Assembly (NCBI RefSeq): GCF_009914755.1
Contig: NC_060928.1
DNA length: 64,000 nt
Source: the human T2T-CHM13v2.0 reference genome, Homo sapiens
Reading direction: 5' to 3' (one strand)
Of the stretch, positions 1-14,181 are shown piece after piece; positions within the stretch are counted from its first letter, which is position 1; each line of letters opens with the position of its first letter. Made by a program: the position numbers and the translations under genes. The notes below the pieces were generated by a model. It searched no databases. It was not told the DNA's origin and was given only the letters and a program-made list of their open reading frames with translations.

Positions 1-1294
1 ACTGATTATTAGTAATTACATCAACCTGAATACACATTACCATTTAATGTATTAAACTCATCACTGAGTTAACAGCATGGTTTTAAATAAACTAATATTT
101 TATTTTTAAGAAATTGGCTAAATTAATAAATTATACTCTAACATTAAGTATTATCAGCATTAGAATTAATTTGTATATAAGTACACTTTTCATTATAAAA
201 CATTAGGGATAATTATTCAAATAAGAGGAAGGCAGAAGGGTGCAGAATATCATTATCCAGCGGCCTATATGGAAAAGGCAATTGTGGTTTGCTGATCTTA
301 CCAGGTTGCTGATGTTGGATGATGATAGTTCTCATTTTACCAATTATTTTTTCACTAGGATAAGGCCATATAGTTGTGTAATCACTCAGACTGCTTTAAT
401 ACCATTAACTTGTATTTACCCACAAATAGTCCAACTGTGTGCAACAATCTTAGAACGATGCCTTTTACACCATAGGAGGTTTTTCCTCGAATTTCCTATC
501 CCTGGACTGTGACCTGACAGGGGCAGTGTAGTCATGACGAAGCTTAAATCGAGCAATGTCACAGTCTACTGAAAAGGACACAAATTCTCGACCTGAATGC
601 CTACGGTCTCATAAAATTCTACAATAATTAACCAAAGGTCCAAAAAAAATTTCTTTTTAGTGATTTTTGTTCTCCTAATTTTCTGACTGCTGCTTGACTG
701 GGCAAAATAGTAAATACAAGTAAACTTATTTGTTTTCATTTTCTTCATTTTAGTAAAGACACTTTTTATGAGAGACTAAGTAATGAATGGTTTTTTTTGA
801 AATTTACAATTTTACGTAAATGAACATATATTACCAAAGAGAAGATTGCCAGTGATTTCTGTGTTATGGAAACACATGCACATATACAACCCAAATACGA
901 AAAGGTACTGCAACATATTTTGCTTATTGGCATTGACTTTCATACCTAAGATATTTTCTTTTGTCATTTTAAACATTAATATTTAATACTTATAATACTT
1001 TCCATTTAAGCTATTCTTTCAAAATATATCTTAAATATTTATACTAATAAATATCTCTATATTCTCTCTTGGTACAAAACATGCATGTTCTATATTTGCT
1101 GCAATAAAATATCTTTTAATTCCTCCCTATTTTTCCTTATTTAGTACATGTGATTTATTCCAGATTAAAATTTTGATATGTGTATGTTGAATATTTGTAT
1201 ATGCTACAAGTAACCAGTGGTTCTGGAAACTGCTCTACAGTGCTCTTGGCATTCTCAGGAACTCTTTCGGGGTTATCGGAATGAGCAGATTCTG

Positions 1295-1419
1295 GCTGTC
1301 TTCAACCAGAGCAACCCTCTTTTAAGATGTTTTATGTGTTTATGTTTCCAGGTAAGCTGTCTTCAACCAGAGCAACCCTCTTTTAAGATGTTTTATGTGT
1401 TTATGTTTCCAGGTAAGCT
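1295..1419. repeat. Perfect 61-bp tandem duplication
   Basis: gctgtcttcaacc...tttccaggtaa starts at 1295 and again at 1356, followed by a gct microhomology. Confidence 0.95.
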
Positions 1420-3429
1420 ATTAAACAAACAATGGAAATTATACATTTTTTAACCTTCAATTCCCCTTATTGCTCCATTTCCCAAGCTGGTGCTTCATCT
1501 GTAACAATGAAAATTATATTATCTCACAAATTGTTATGTGAAATAAATGAGATAATGTATTACAAATTATTTTTATATAACAGGTAATAACATAAACACA
1601 CATACTCATAATATGTCTTACAAAACATGGAAGAAGATAAGCATAAGTGTCTTATTGACAGATTGTTATAATGGCAATAATATCAAATTCTTAAATAAGA
1701 AAGACAGGTGTTTATTAGTGAGAGAGGGTCTTCTGGTAACAAGATCTTTACAGTAGATTTATTTTCTATAGGCCTTAAGAAGATTTTATTTCTGTTTTTG
1801 TAATTATGGAGATTTGTAAAGTGGCATTATCACACTAAAAATCCAACGAATAGTTTGGGTCTTGATACATCCATATATTCCTATTCTTTCCTGCATGAGC
1901 ATGCTCCTTTGGGCCACCATTCCAATCCTGCAACTTTAGTCTTGTGACCCATGATCACTGCAAAACACAATGCCCTTTCCTTCTGTATTTTTATCCCAGT
2001 CAGTTCACCCCTGGTCAGGTGTTGGTCCTGTATGTCTCTAACAATCATCTTATGCTTGGTATAATTTATCATAGGAAACTGTACAGCCTCCTACAATTAA
2101 GTCTACATAAATTACAATTATTAGCAAAATTTTAAAATTTACAACACTAATTTTAAAATTTCTCCTGAGCTTCAGACTCATATTTCCAGTGTTTTGTTAC
2201 AAATTCTGTATGCATACGTAACTGGAACTGCAATTGCAACTGCAGAATGTCCAAAATTATATGTTATCTCCTCTCTTCCCCATTATTCTTTTTCTAATTT
2301 GGAAGTCTCAAGTGTTATTACCATAATCTTGTCAGTTACCCAGGCCCATGATTTCTTGATCATTGAAGCATATTTTAATATTATCAATGTATCTGGACAG
2401 ACTTCGTCTTTCTACTAGATTGTTAAGTTCCATGACGGGAGGGTAGGTGCCCTATTTAAGTCTGTATTCCACATTATGACAAATATAATATTTAAATAGA
2501 AGGAACACAGTACTTCCAGAAGCAATGAGAAGTCAACTGGTCATAAGAGCCTTTGCTTTACACAACTCTTAAAGCAAAATCTGGGAATTCTAAATGTGTG
2601 GCAGACAGTCTTCCTAAGGACTCTACCAGGTGACTAGTCATTTGTTTTCTCTGTTCAAACAAAGAGACTATATTAAGTTTTATAACATGGTATCATGGGA
2701 AATTTAAACTCTTCATTTAGATATTACGAAAGAATACAATGTCAAAGTAGCCCTTATTATCAGTAGGGACATTTCCATTTTCTTTCTGGAATATCATTTC
2801 AAAATGACTGTTACTGAAAATTTTCTCTGCAGACTATCATTTATATACTTTAGGAATAATTAATTTCTGATATCACAGCTTAATTATAAAAATTTCTAGT
2901 GATGACTGACACTTTGGTTCCTTCTAACATTTCTTTCCTAAGATAATAAAGAGATATTTTGGAAAACCTTAATCATGATCACTGCCTGACAAAAGATAAT
3001 GCATAGGGTTCACCTTTTACTTTTAACAACAGTTGTGAAAAAAGTCACACTGGGCCTAAAGTAGTAAATAGGTCATATATTTTTAACTCAGGAAATTCAA
3101 ATAACTGCCATATCCCAAGCCCAAATGGTTATAGATTGTACTGAAGAAGAGGGAGAAAAAAGATACTACACTAAAAATAAGATTAAACCAAACACTTTAA
3201 TTTTTTTCAAAAGTAGTCTGCCAGCCTCAAAAATATCAGGTATATGAATGACAGTAACAGCCATAAACCCAGGAACTACAGGATCCAAAATGCAGCATGC
3301 TGGTGTATATAATTCAAGGCAAGGACATGAAAGTTATTCTCATGAATGATAATGGGAATACAAAAATAGTAGCATAAAATTGCCTTAAATGCAAGAAAAT
3401 AGAGGAAGAAAGTCAAGTATGGTCTCAGA

Positions 3430-4100
3430 TTATTTTACATAAAGAAGAGATGGCAAAAACATATATACCGCTGATGATCCCCTACAAGGAGATAGTATGG
3501 AAACATAACACTTGGTAAAATTTGTTGGAAAATTCAAGAAATAAGAAGTATGAATTTGAAACGGATGAAACGTTTGAAATATAAAGGGTATAAAGAAAAT
3601 GAACAGACTTGTAGAATATATCAAAACTAATTTACATAGTTAGATATACCATATGCTGGATAGGAACACTCAATATTGTAAAATAAGAGATAAAAATAAA
3701 AAAGGCCATCCTCCCTGAATGAATGTAGAAGTTAATGCAATGTCAATCAACATCCCAGTGAAATTTTTTTGCAATTTGGCAATGTGATTTTAAAATTTAT
3801 GTGTAAAAATAAATCTATAAGCGCAATTATTTAGGTTTTTGTTTGTTTTGTTTTCAAAGATCAAAGAATAGTCTGGGAAGCCCAGGCACAGATCTATGCA
3901 CAAGAATCTGTTATGTAATAAACGGATACCTGTAAACAGTAGTGAAAGAATATACTTTCAATAAGCAATAGAAGGCCTCATACCAAACGTTATAAAAAAA
4001 ATACCTATATAAAGACTTAAATAGGAAAAGAAAAAAAAATGAAGCCAGTATACAGCTAGAAGTGGAAAAATATTTAAAACCTTAAGCGTGGGAAAGGTCT
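3430..4100 (+). mobile_element. Old L1M-type LINE fragment (ORF2 3' region), highly decayed
   Basis: L1-like phrases (gatataccatatgctggataggaacactcaatattgtaaaat, aatgcaatgtcaatcaacatccca) on an A-rich plus strand. Confidence 0.55.
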
Positions 4101-4150
4101 TCCAAAGCCAGAAATGTAGCAAGAATTAATTCAGTGAAAGTTTGCCAGAT

Positions 4151-4200
4151 ACGACGATGATGATGGTGATGGCGACGATAATGATGATGATGATGAAGAA
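4151..4200. repeat. Imperfect (GAT)n microsatellite
   Basis: acgacgatgatgatggtgatggcgacgataatgatgatgatgatgaagaa. Confidence 0.85.
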
Positions 4201-4586
4201 CAATGTAAAGAATAAAACAAATGTCTCAAAAGATCTCCAATATATTACATGAAAATGATGGCTACCCTTTAATATTTAAAAAAACACATTATTTTGCATA
4301 AGTAGAATTAGCCCATCACAATAAAATATTAGCAAGGGCACGAAAAGTCAGAGAACCTAGGAATCATCCAGTCCATAGTGATGAATGAAGAAGTATAGAA
4401 ACCAATAAACATGAAAAATTCCAAATTCAGAACACAGAACCATGCATGCATGTACATGTACACACACGCACAAACACACAAAGAGAGAAAAAACGACAAT
4501 AGAAGGACATACACTAAAAAATATTTTTCTTTTTGTTTACTTTTCCAAAGATTTTAAAGAGTATTATTATAATTAGAATATAAATC

Positions 4587-4881
4587 AGCCAGATGCAGTG
4601 GCTCACGCCTGTAATTCCAGCATTTTGGGAGGCCGAGGCAGGTGGATCACCTGAGGTCAAGAGTTCGAGACCAGCCTGGCCAACATGGAGAAACCCTGTC
4701 TCTACTAAAAATACAAAAATTAGCCAGGTGTGGTGGCACACGCCTGTAATCCCAGCTACTCAGGAGGCTGAGGCAGGAGAATCACTTGAACCGGGAGATG
4801 GAGGTTGCAGTGAGCAGAGATTGTGCCACCGCACTCCAGCCTGGGTGATAGAGCAAGACTCCGTTTAAAAAAAAAAAAAAA
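4587..4881 (+). mobile_element. Full-length AluS
   Basis: Dimeric Alu consensus, central A-rich linker, poly(A) tail. Confidence 0.95.
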
Positions 4882-5024
4882 TCAATAAATGTTGTTCATA
4901 AGAAAACAAATGAAAAAAACAGAGTTATGTGCAATTTCTCAACAATGTTTATTAATGTATAAAGGAATATATACCACCTCCAGTTAGTTCATGTTTGTTT
5001 CTTAATTTTTAAAAAAATGTTAAA

Positions 5025-5142
5025 TAGAGACAAGGACTCACTCTGTTGCCCAGGCTGGTCTCAAACTCATGGCCTGAAGTGATTCTCCTACCTCAGCCTC
5101 CCAAAGTGCTGGGATAACAGGTGTGAGCCACCGCACTAGGCC
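5025..5142 (-). mobile_element. Alu monomer (FLAM/left-arm-like)
   Basis: Reverse-complement Alu left arm ending ...gtgagccaccgcactaggcc. Confidence 0.85.
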
Positions 5143-5770
5143 AAAACTTTGAAAAAAATATAGCACTATATAAGTACATGTATCTTGCACTTTCTATGCT
5201 ATATTATAAGTTTCTGTTTGTTTTGCTTCCCCTATTAATTCAATAAAATTATTGAGGACTTGACCATGTTTCATTCCTGTTTGCATCTGCAATGCCTACA
5301 CAGTACAGGGCCTGGCACATAAGGAGGCACTCAGCAAATAATGGTTGAAGAATTTCATACTTGCATGAGTAACGAAAATAAGGACAATACTATCTTCTAC
5401 CATATCTGAACAAAATTGTTTCAGCAACTAGTACCTGCCAGATATGATCTTATAAATGCAGCTATGTGGCCATGAAGGAGAACAGGTTATCAGCTGGAGA
5501 AATGAGCAGACATTTCCAGCATGGATGGAAAATCACTCAGATTGAATTCCACTTCCTTGTGTTTCTGGTAAATATTTTACTCATTCTTGATAACCTCTTG
5601 CTGGAAATCTTTTGCACACTTCCACATCATGACACCCATTATGTTTTCTAAAACTCTTCATGCATATCTTTATTATCAGTATAATCAAGCTGCAGTAGAG
5701 TATTATTTGTGATTAAGTTTTTTTGGCGATACTGAGAGATCCCTGAAGGCAAGGAATATGCATTATATAT

Positions 5771-5900
5771 CAGGGCCACTGCATACAGTCCTGTAGGTTG
5801 TGCACTGCACAAGGGCATCATGTCTAAGAGATGCTGTACACATCATGAATATCATAAATTGGTATATTTATAACATCAATTTTCTGATATATGATAGTAA
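5771..5900. mobile_element. Probable MER91-type hAT MITE remnant
   Basis: cagggccactgcatacagtcctgtaggttgtgcactgcacaagggc resembles the MER91 terminus. Confidence 0.45.
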
Positions 5901-7140
5901 AGTATCCGGAACATAGAGAATCCTTTATTTTCTAATATGGAAAATCCCTGGAACATGGATGGTACTAAAAAATATTCATATAAATAAACACGTCAAGAAC
6001 TGAACCAATATCTGATGCACAAAAATTAATGTATAGAATTTTGGTTTTATCTTTCAAGTTGATGTGTGGGGAAAAATAAATTTAACACGGCAAATAATAT
6101 CAATGAAAACATAATAAAATTACAGATCTTTTGGTAACAAATACTGATGAATTTTATGGTTCGAAAACATGCAAAGTAAATTCTCTCTAAAAAGAAAATC
6201 GTAAGTTCTCTGATTACACTCCAGCACTAATGAATGCTCCCAGCATTGGACACTGGGTCCATGAAATTGCTGTCTCACACAGTGCTTATAAGCTTTAATG
6301 TCACAAAGCATGGTAAGCACTTCTATTTAGCTTTAAGCAAATGACGTTTTCATTTTCAGGTCTTCAAGGGCACAGTATTCAAGAGACCTATAAATGGAAT
6401 GAAAGGCATTGGCAAAAATAATAATAACCACAAAATAGCTCACATGTCTTGGCTCTCTATTCTTCCATTTAACCAGTATGTGCTGAGTACTTGCTTTGTA
6501 TAAAATAATATGTTGAGTACTAGCATTCTTGAAGCAGATTCATCCCACCAAACTTCTGCCTTCAAAAGATGATGGCTTTTCATTATCTCGCTATTCACTA
6601 TTGTATTACGGTAGAAGACGATGTGAAGTTTTCAAATATAATCCCAGGTTGCCAGAGGTTTAATACAGTTTAATCTAGTTTTCAGTTGGGCTCTGCTTAG
6701 AATAAAAGAGCATATCCAGATTTATTATGCAAAGGTGATGAATGGAGATGTGATTATTTGTTTTCCCAAGCTATGCTTTTTAGGGTTCCTTATAGTAAGC
6801 TCCCTTCACATTTAACATACGCTGTTATTTAGAAAAATTATTATATGCCATATCTAAGGGGACTTCATTCTACTGCATAAAGCAAGGAAAGCCTAGGTCT
6901 TGGTGGGGACATTAGTCCTCTTCAGGACATTAAAGCATTCAGAAAGAAACTAATGTGTCTAGCCAAAATTTTCTAGATAATTGCATCCTCATGAAGAAAT
7001 TTTTAAAGGGTATTTTAGTGTCCCAAGCTTTTTTTTTTTTCAGTCAGATGACTCATAAAGTTAATTAACATCATAACTGAAAGCCTTAGGGGAATAAGGA
7101 AAGTCTGAACAGAGTTTGTATCTACTCTAAATAAGTGGTT

Positions 7141-7235
7141 CTTTCTTTTCTTTCTCTTTCTTTTCTCATTCCTCCTCCTCTCTCTCTTTTCTCCTTTCTC
7201 TCCTTTATCCTCTTTTGCTCTCCTCTCATCTTTTT
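7141..7235. repeat. CT-rich low-complexity tract
   Basis: About 95 bp almost entirely pyrimidine on the plus strand. Confidence 0.8.
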
Positions 7236-7852
7236 GATACTGATTTCTGTGAAATTAGAATTTACCTACTGCCTTCAAAAACATATTTAAAAATTATACT
7301 CTGTAATGAAAAGGGCTGGTAGTTTGATTTTAAAGACACATTTTTCAGCAAATTCTGATATTTTCAGAATTTCTTGAAAACATCTATTTCAGAAATTCCA
7401 CATTGTACAGCTCAAGTAGTTAGCTTTAAGTTTCTGATACTTCTCTAAATTTGATAAATTCTTTTTAGGCCACCAAAGCATTTTTTTCTATTATCCAGAG
7501 TGGCAATAAACTAATTTCTTGTCTTCTACCTTAGAAACTGAATCTGGTTATCTAGCCCATAGCTTACTATCTATACTGCTTGGACATCTGCCATCTTTTT
7601 AGAGAGCTTCATTTCAATATTGAAAATATAAAATTATATTAACAGCAACAAGTTTTGTCAAACAAGTGCAGATTTATTTATTGTGTATTATAAAAAGCAC
7701 CATATAAATACATATGTAACACGTACATATATATATACATACATATATAAAAAGTACTTATTATTTCCCAGTGCTCAGAGGGAAGAAAGAAGACATTTGA
7801 AAATTTAGTAGCATGATGAATTTAAAATATACATTTTTAAAGACAACTAGTT

Positions 7853-8162
<310 letters not shown>

Positions 8163-9671
8163 TCAGGGTGATTGTTACTCACATGTTTTTAACTCTTTGG
8201 ATGTTATATGCATAATGTAATTTAAAAAACAATAATTATACGCACTGTGACATATTTAGTAACATGAAAATATATGAAAACAAAAATATAGATACTCGTA
8301 AATGTTTAGTGTTAAATGTCAAAATGTACGCTAAAACATGTTCTCATATTCATGTATAGTATGTAGTCATATTTACACATATTATTAAGTAATACAACTT
8401 CAAAACTTTTATTAAAATAAATTTATGCCTTCGCTTAAGCTTTAATAAATTACAAAATTGAGATGGCTTTCTAAAATATTTTGAATTCAATATTACTCCC
8501 GAAGCCATTAGTTTTCGAAGTGTGGTTTCAACTCAGGCACAGAGGAAAGCTAAAACCATGGGTATGCCAGTGTTAGTGCAAAATCACTTATCTTTTGGAA
8601 ATATATCTTAGAATAAAGGGCTACTGGAGGTAAAACAATGAAGACTTGAGGACAAGGAGTACAGATCGAACATTTTAAAAAAAGAAGAAATTAGTAGTTC
8701 CAAGACCAATTATATACTTAATTGATAGAGTCTAGATTCTATCTCAATTACATGCCTTTCCATAGTCTCAACATGGCTTCCCAATTCTTCTAATGTTGGG
8801 ATGATCTGAAATAAATATTTTGAAGAATACAGGTATGCTAATAAACTGAGAAAACAAAATGAATATCATGGTTCTGACATGCAGCTGATTAGAGTGGTCC
8901 TGACAAATGAAAGCAACCACAATTCTTAAAGGACCAGTGATTGATGCCAAAATGACTTCAGAACAAGCCTAGAAACACATGTTTTAATTCTCACTTTCTA
9001 CCTTGTAAATTATTATGAAAATTAGTCACAAGTAATCTAGATAGGAGGACCTAGCATTTACACAATTCTAAAGTGTACTACATATGATATAGAGTCATCA
9101 TATGAACTTTAGAACATCACTATAACAAAGGTATTATTTCCCCCCTTTTGCAGACTAAGTAACTGAAGCTAAAACTTGATAGCACTTGTCTGACTGTAAA
9201 ATTCATGCTGTTTTCGCTACACTATACTGACTCTAATAACTAGCACTGCTTTCATGCAATTAAAATTTATTGAGTATATTCTGTGTTCTCACAAATGGAT
9301 AGAACATAGTTGGTACAAAACACACAGATTGCAAAGAATAGGATGAAAAACAGTTAAAAGTAGATCCGAACACTTACACATGTGATAGAAACACTACGCA
9401 TGGTGTCTTTACTTCGTATATAACTAATCCTCATAAAAACCTTATGAAAAGCAATATCAATGTCCTATTTTTATAAATAATGGTAAGAGAAATTAAACCC
9501 CTTACCCAAGAACAACTTTTCAACTAGTAAGTAGTTAAACTGAAACTCAAGCCATCTATGTTCTTTTCCACCACTTTCCACTGCTTTGTCAAAACTTTAT
9601 AGGAGACACTTGCTGCCAACTATGGTGGAAGAATTTGCAGCACAGCAATGCTCCTCTTATAACAAGTACTA

Positions 9672-10034
<363 letters not shown>

Positions 10035-10203
10035 TTAGAGAACTGCTAAGATAACTAAGACATGACACAAAAACAAGAAATTGTATAGCGTTTAACTGAC
10101 ATTCTTAAAAGCAGGCTTTTTCCTTGGGGTATATGCATATAAACCGAAATTCAAGCCATCTATGTTCTTTTCCACCACTTTCCACTGCTTTGTCAAAACT
10201 TTA

Positions 10204-10795
10204 TATGGACACAAATAATGGTCACCAGGTCCCAGAATGGGTTGTGTGAGCCCTTGAGGCCTTCATCCAGCGTTGTTTCTGGGAAATCTCTATTTCAATC
10301 TATTCCCATACATTAGTTATTGAAAAATAATAGACAATCGCAAAAACAAGTTGACCTTTTTGTGTTCCTAGAGCCCGGTCATTTTATGGCCCTCGAGACT
10401 GGAAGTCATGCCAAACAACTCATTACCAAAAGAGCTAAGGTCCCAGCCTGCGCCGAAGATTTATGAGACCTCTCCTCATCTGTGAACGGACCAGTGGCCG
10501 ACTCTGGTGCCCAGGCTGTTGCTTCCCAGCCTGGTGGTGAATCCTCCATAGTCTGGTGAGTGTAAATATATATATCTCTTTTCCCTTCTCCCCTTCAAAT
10601 TGCAATTTGCTTATTATATCATTTGCTTATTATATCAATTTGCTTATTACATTAATCTGCTTATATCAATCTGCTTATTGTATCATTTGCTTATTATATC
10701 TGCGCTGCCATTTACATGGGATAAAGCTTGTTTACCCTTAATGGTGTTGTGTGTGTGTCTTTTATTTTCCCCTCACGCATTTCCCGTACAGAACA
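10204..10795 (+). mobile_element. Solo ERV LTR (probably ERVL class, family uncertain) with internal ~20-bp tandem array
   Basis: About 590 bp ending ...ttcccgtacagaaca (CA terminus), raised CpG, internal (ttgcttattatatcaa)-type repeats at ~10586-10700. Confidence 0.7.
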
Positions 10796-11023
<228 letters not shown>

Positions 11024-11074
11024 TTAGGGAAAAAGTTAAGATGGTAGGTATAATCCCAAATATATCACGAATTA

Positions 11075-11518
11075 TTATTGTGGGTTGACATGTGCCCCCT
11101 GAAAGATAAGTTTAAGTCTTAAATCCCAGTACCTGTAATGGTAATGTTATTTGGAAGTAGTGTCATTACTGATGTACGCAAGATCAAGTCATAATGAATT
11201 AGCGTGGGACCTAATTCAGTGAATGATGTCTTTAGAATAAAAGAGAAATGTAGACATAGACACATAGAGAGAACATGTGAAGAGAGAGGCAGAGACCAGA
11301 GTGATATGTCTACAAGCCAAGAAACACCAAGGATTACAGGCAACCACCAGGAGCTAGGGGAGACATCAGCAGATATTTTCTCATACTGCCACAAGGAACC
11401 AACTCTGCTGACATTTGTATTTCAGACCTCTAGCCAACAGACTATGAGAGAATAAATTCTGTGTTTTTAGTCACATAGTTGGTGGTACTTTGTTATGGCA
11501 ACTTTCAGAAACCAACAC
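11075..11518 (+). mobile_element. MLT1 (MaLR) solo LTR inserted in L1
   Basis: MLT1B/C-like start (ttgtgggttgacatgtgcccc) and end (gagaataaattctgtg...tttgttatggca...aacaca), with aatta flanking both sides. Confidence 0.85.
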
Positions 11519-13857
11519 AATTACATTAAATGATAACTGATTATATATTTGAATTAAAAAAAAGACTGTCATGCTGCATAAGAAGGTTAAAATAAAAAAA
11601 TTAATGCTTACAAGCGACACATCTTAAATACTAAAATGCAAAAGATAAAAAATGAAAGGGTAAAGAAAATGCACCAAGCTGACACTAAAAGTAAATAAAT
11701 AAATAAATAAATAAATAAAGTAGATGCAGCTATAACAATATTAGATAAGCTACCCTTTAAAGTGAGAAGCATTACTAAAAACAAAAAATATATATATTTA
11801 TAAGATTAAAAAACTCAACCCACTGGGAAGACACAGCAATTGTAAATTTGCATGCAACTACTTAGCTTTACAATATATAAAGCAAAAATTATCAGAACTA
11901 AAATTAAACTGAGAAAACAGTTATAATTATAGTTGAAGATTTCAGCACAACGAACACTAAAGAACAAACATTTTAAAAGTCAGTACATTTCTAGATGATA
12001 TGAATAACGCAATTAACAAACTTGACTTGGTAACAAACAGCATTGTACTCAAAACTCACATTATTTTCATGTGATCATAGAACATTGGTTTATTGCTGGA
12101 TAATAACATTTCATGCTGGGCCATAAAGCAAGTCATACAAATTTCAAAAAAAAAAAAATGAATCATTCTGTGTTCTCCCAACATGATGGAATTAACAAGA
12201 AATCAAAAGCAAAAAGATAATTAGAAAATCTTCATATGTGAAAGTAGCCCACAATAGTCATAAACCATATTGTCAAAGAAAACATCACAGTGGAAATTAG
12301 GAAATATTTTGAACTGAAGAATATTAGAATTTATGTGATGCACGTAAGGCTGTAGCTAGAGAGAAAAGGTATAGCCTCTAATGCCTACATTGTGAAAAGA
12401 AGAACGGATCAATATCAACTTTCTAAATATTAATAAGTTAGTAAAGGACAGAACATTAAAAGCCATTAAACTAGATGAAGTAGAATTGCAGAAATAAAAT
12501 AGAAGCATAAAGAATAAAAAAAATCAGTGCTGGCAAAAATTGAATCTGTGGGAAGAATAATACTATATTAGATGACTTCTATAAAGATTGATGAGAAATA
12601 AGTACAAATTGCCAATATAAGGAATGAAAAAACCAATATTATTACATATCCTGAAGATAGAAGTACATCATAAATAATGCCAATTAATTTTAAAATTTAT
12701 GAGAAATAAGCAAATTCCTTGAAAACACAGCTTACTAAAAATGATACCAAAAAAGGAAAATATGAACTGTACTAAATATATTAAGTAATAAACTTACAAC
12801 TAAAAATCTTTCCAGAAATCTAAAATAATCTATTGACAAACTGTGAGAATTAATAACTAAATTAGCAAGAAAGATGGGTATAAAGTCACTATAAAAATTT
12901 GCTTTTTATATGCTAGATATAGAATTTTTTAAAAAAATATAATTCACAGTAATACCAAAAACATCAGATAACTAGGAATATAGCTAACAAAATATATGCA
13001 GTACTTGTATGCTGAAAGTTATAAAATGCTATTGAGGAAAAAAATAGGAAAAACCTAAATAAATGGAAGGACACATAGTTTTATGTAAACATTTCTTGCT
13101 ATTCTTTTAATTTTTATCCAAAAATTACGGCAATCATATTTCACTTTCAGTAGCCAAATATAATTTTGCTGACACATCTAAGGAAAATACTAGAATCCCC
13201 CACTTTAATTCCATACATATTTTGGAAAACTCATTATTATAAAGATGCTAATTCTCCTCAATTTTAATTTTATTTATAGATTTAGCATAATCCCCGTTAA
13301 AATTGTGATAATTGTTCTTCTGTGGAAACTAGAAAGGTAATTTTAAAAAATTACATGGAAACGGAAAGGTCAAAAACAGCTATGGGAATCTTTAAAACAT
13401 AGCACAGGTTTGAACAACTTACACCGCATATATCAAAAGCTACCATAAAGCTAAAATAGTTAAAACAGAGCAACATTGATGCACACACTGACAAAAAAGC
13501 CAACAGAAGAGACGGAGTCCAGAACAGACCCACACACATATGGTCGCCTCAAATACAAGGTGAGACTGCCACGCAATGGGAAAAGAATGGCCATTTTAGT
13601 AAATGGTGCCAAAATGGAAACAACCCAGTCCATTAACAATAAAATGAATTTAAAAATTGTGGTACACTTATACAATGGATTACTATTCAGCAATAAGGAA
13701 GAATAAACTATACCTACACACAGGAATAAATTTTACAAAATAATTTGATTGAAAAAGAAACAGACACAAAAGATCACATACTACATGAATTCATTTATTT
13801 AAAGTTAAAAATCAGCCAGAACTAACTTCCAATGCTTTAAGTCAAAATAGTGGTGAG
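11519..13857 (+). mobile_element. Old L1M LINE, decayed ORF2 and 3' region
   Basis: Recognisable L1 ORF2 segments (gaaattaggaaatattttgaactgaa, cctaaataaatggaa, gtggtacacttatacaatggattactattcagcaataa). Confidence 0.8.
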
Positions 13858-14141
13858 GGGCTGGGCATGTTGGCTCACACCTGTAATCCTAGCACTTTGG
13901 GAGGCCAAGGTGGGTGGATCACTTGGACCCAGATGTTTGAGACCAGCCTGGGTAACATGGTGAAACCCCGTCTCTACAAAAAATACAAAAAATTAGCCAG
14001 GTGTGGTGGCACACACCTGTCATGGCAGCTATTTGGGAGGCTAAGGTGGGAGGATAACTTGAGCCTGGGAGATCGAGTCTGCAGTGAACCAAGATCACAC
14101 CACTGCACTCTAGACTCTGTGTCAGCAAGACCCCATCTCAA

Positions 14142-14180
<39 letters not shown>
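13858..14180 (+). mobile_element. AluJ with (AAT)n tail
   Basis: J-type features (gggaggataacttgagcctggg) and about 13 AAT units. Confidence 0.9.

Positions 14181-14181
<1 letters not shown>

Noticed and set aside
240-748. ORF-track entries 240..512 (+) and 566..748 (-)
   Set aside because: No recognisable homology. The more plausible signal is the minus-strand splice-defined segment reported as a finding.
8750-8810. Possible cryptic exon ttatttcag|ATCATCCC...
   Set aside because: The phase-1 frame stops after 12 codons and the downstream donor (CAT|gtaatt) is weak, so it is indistinguishable from chance.
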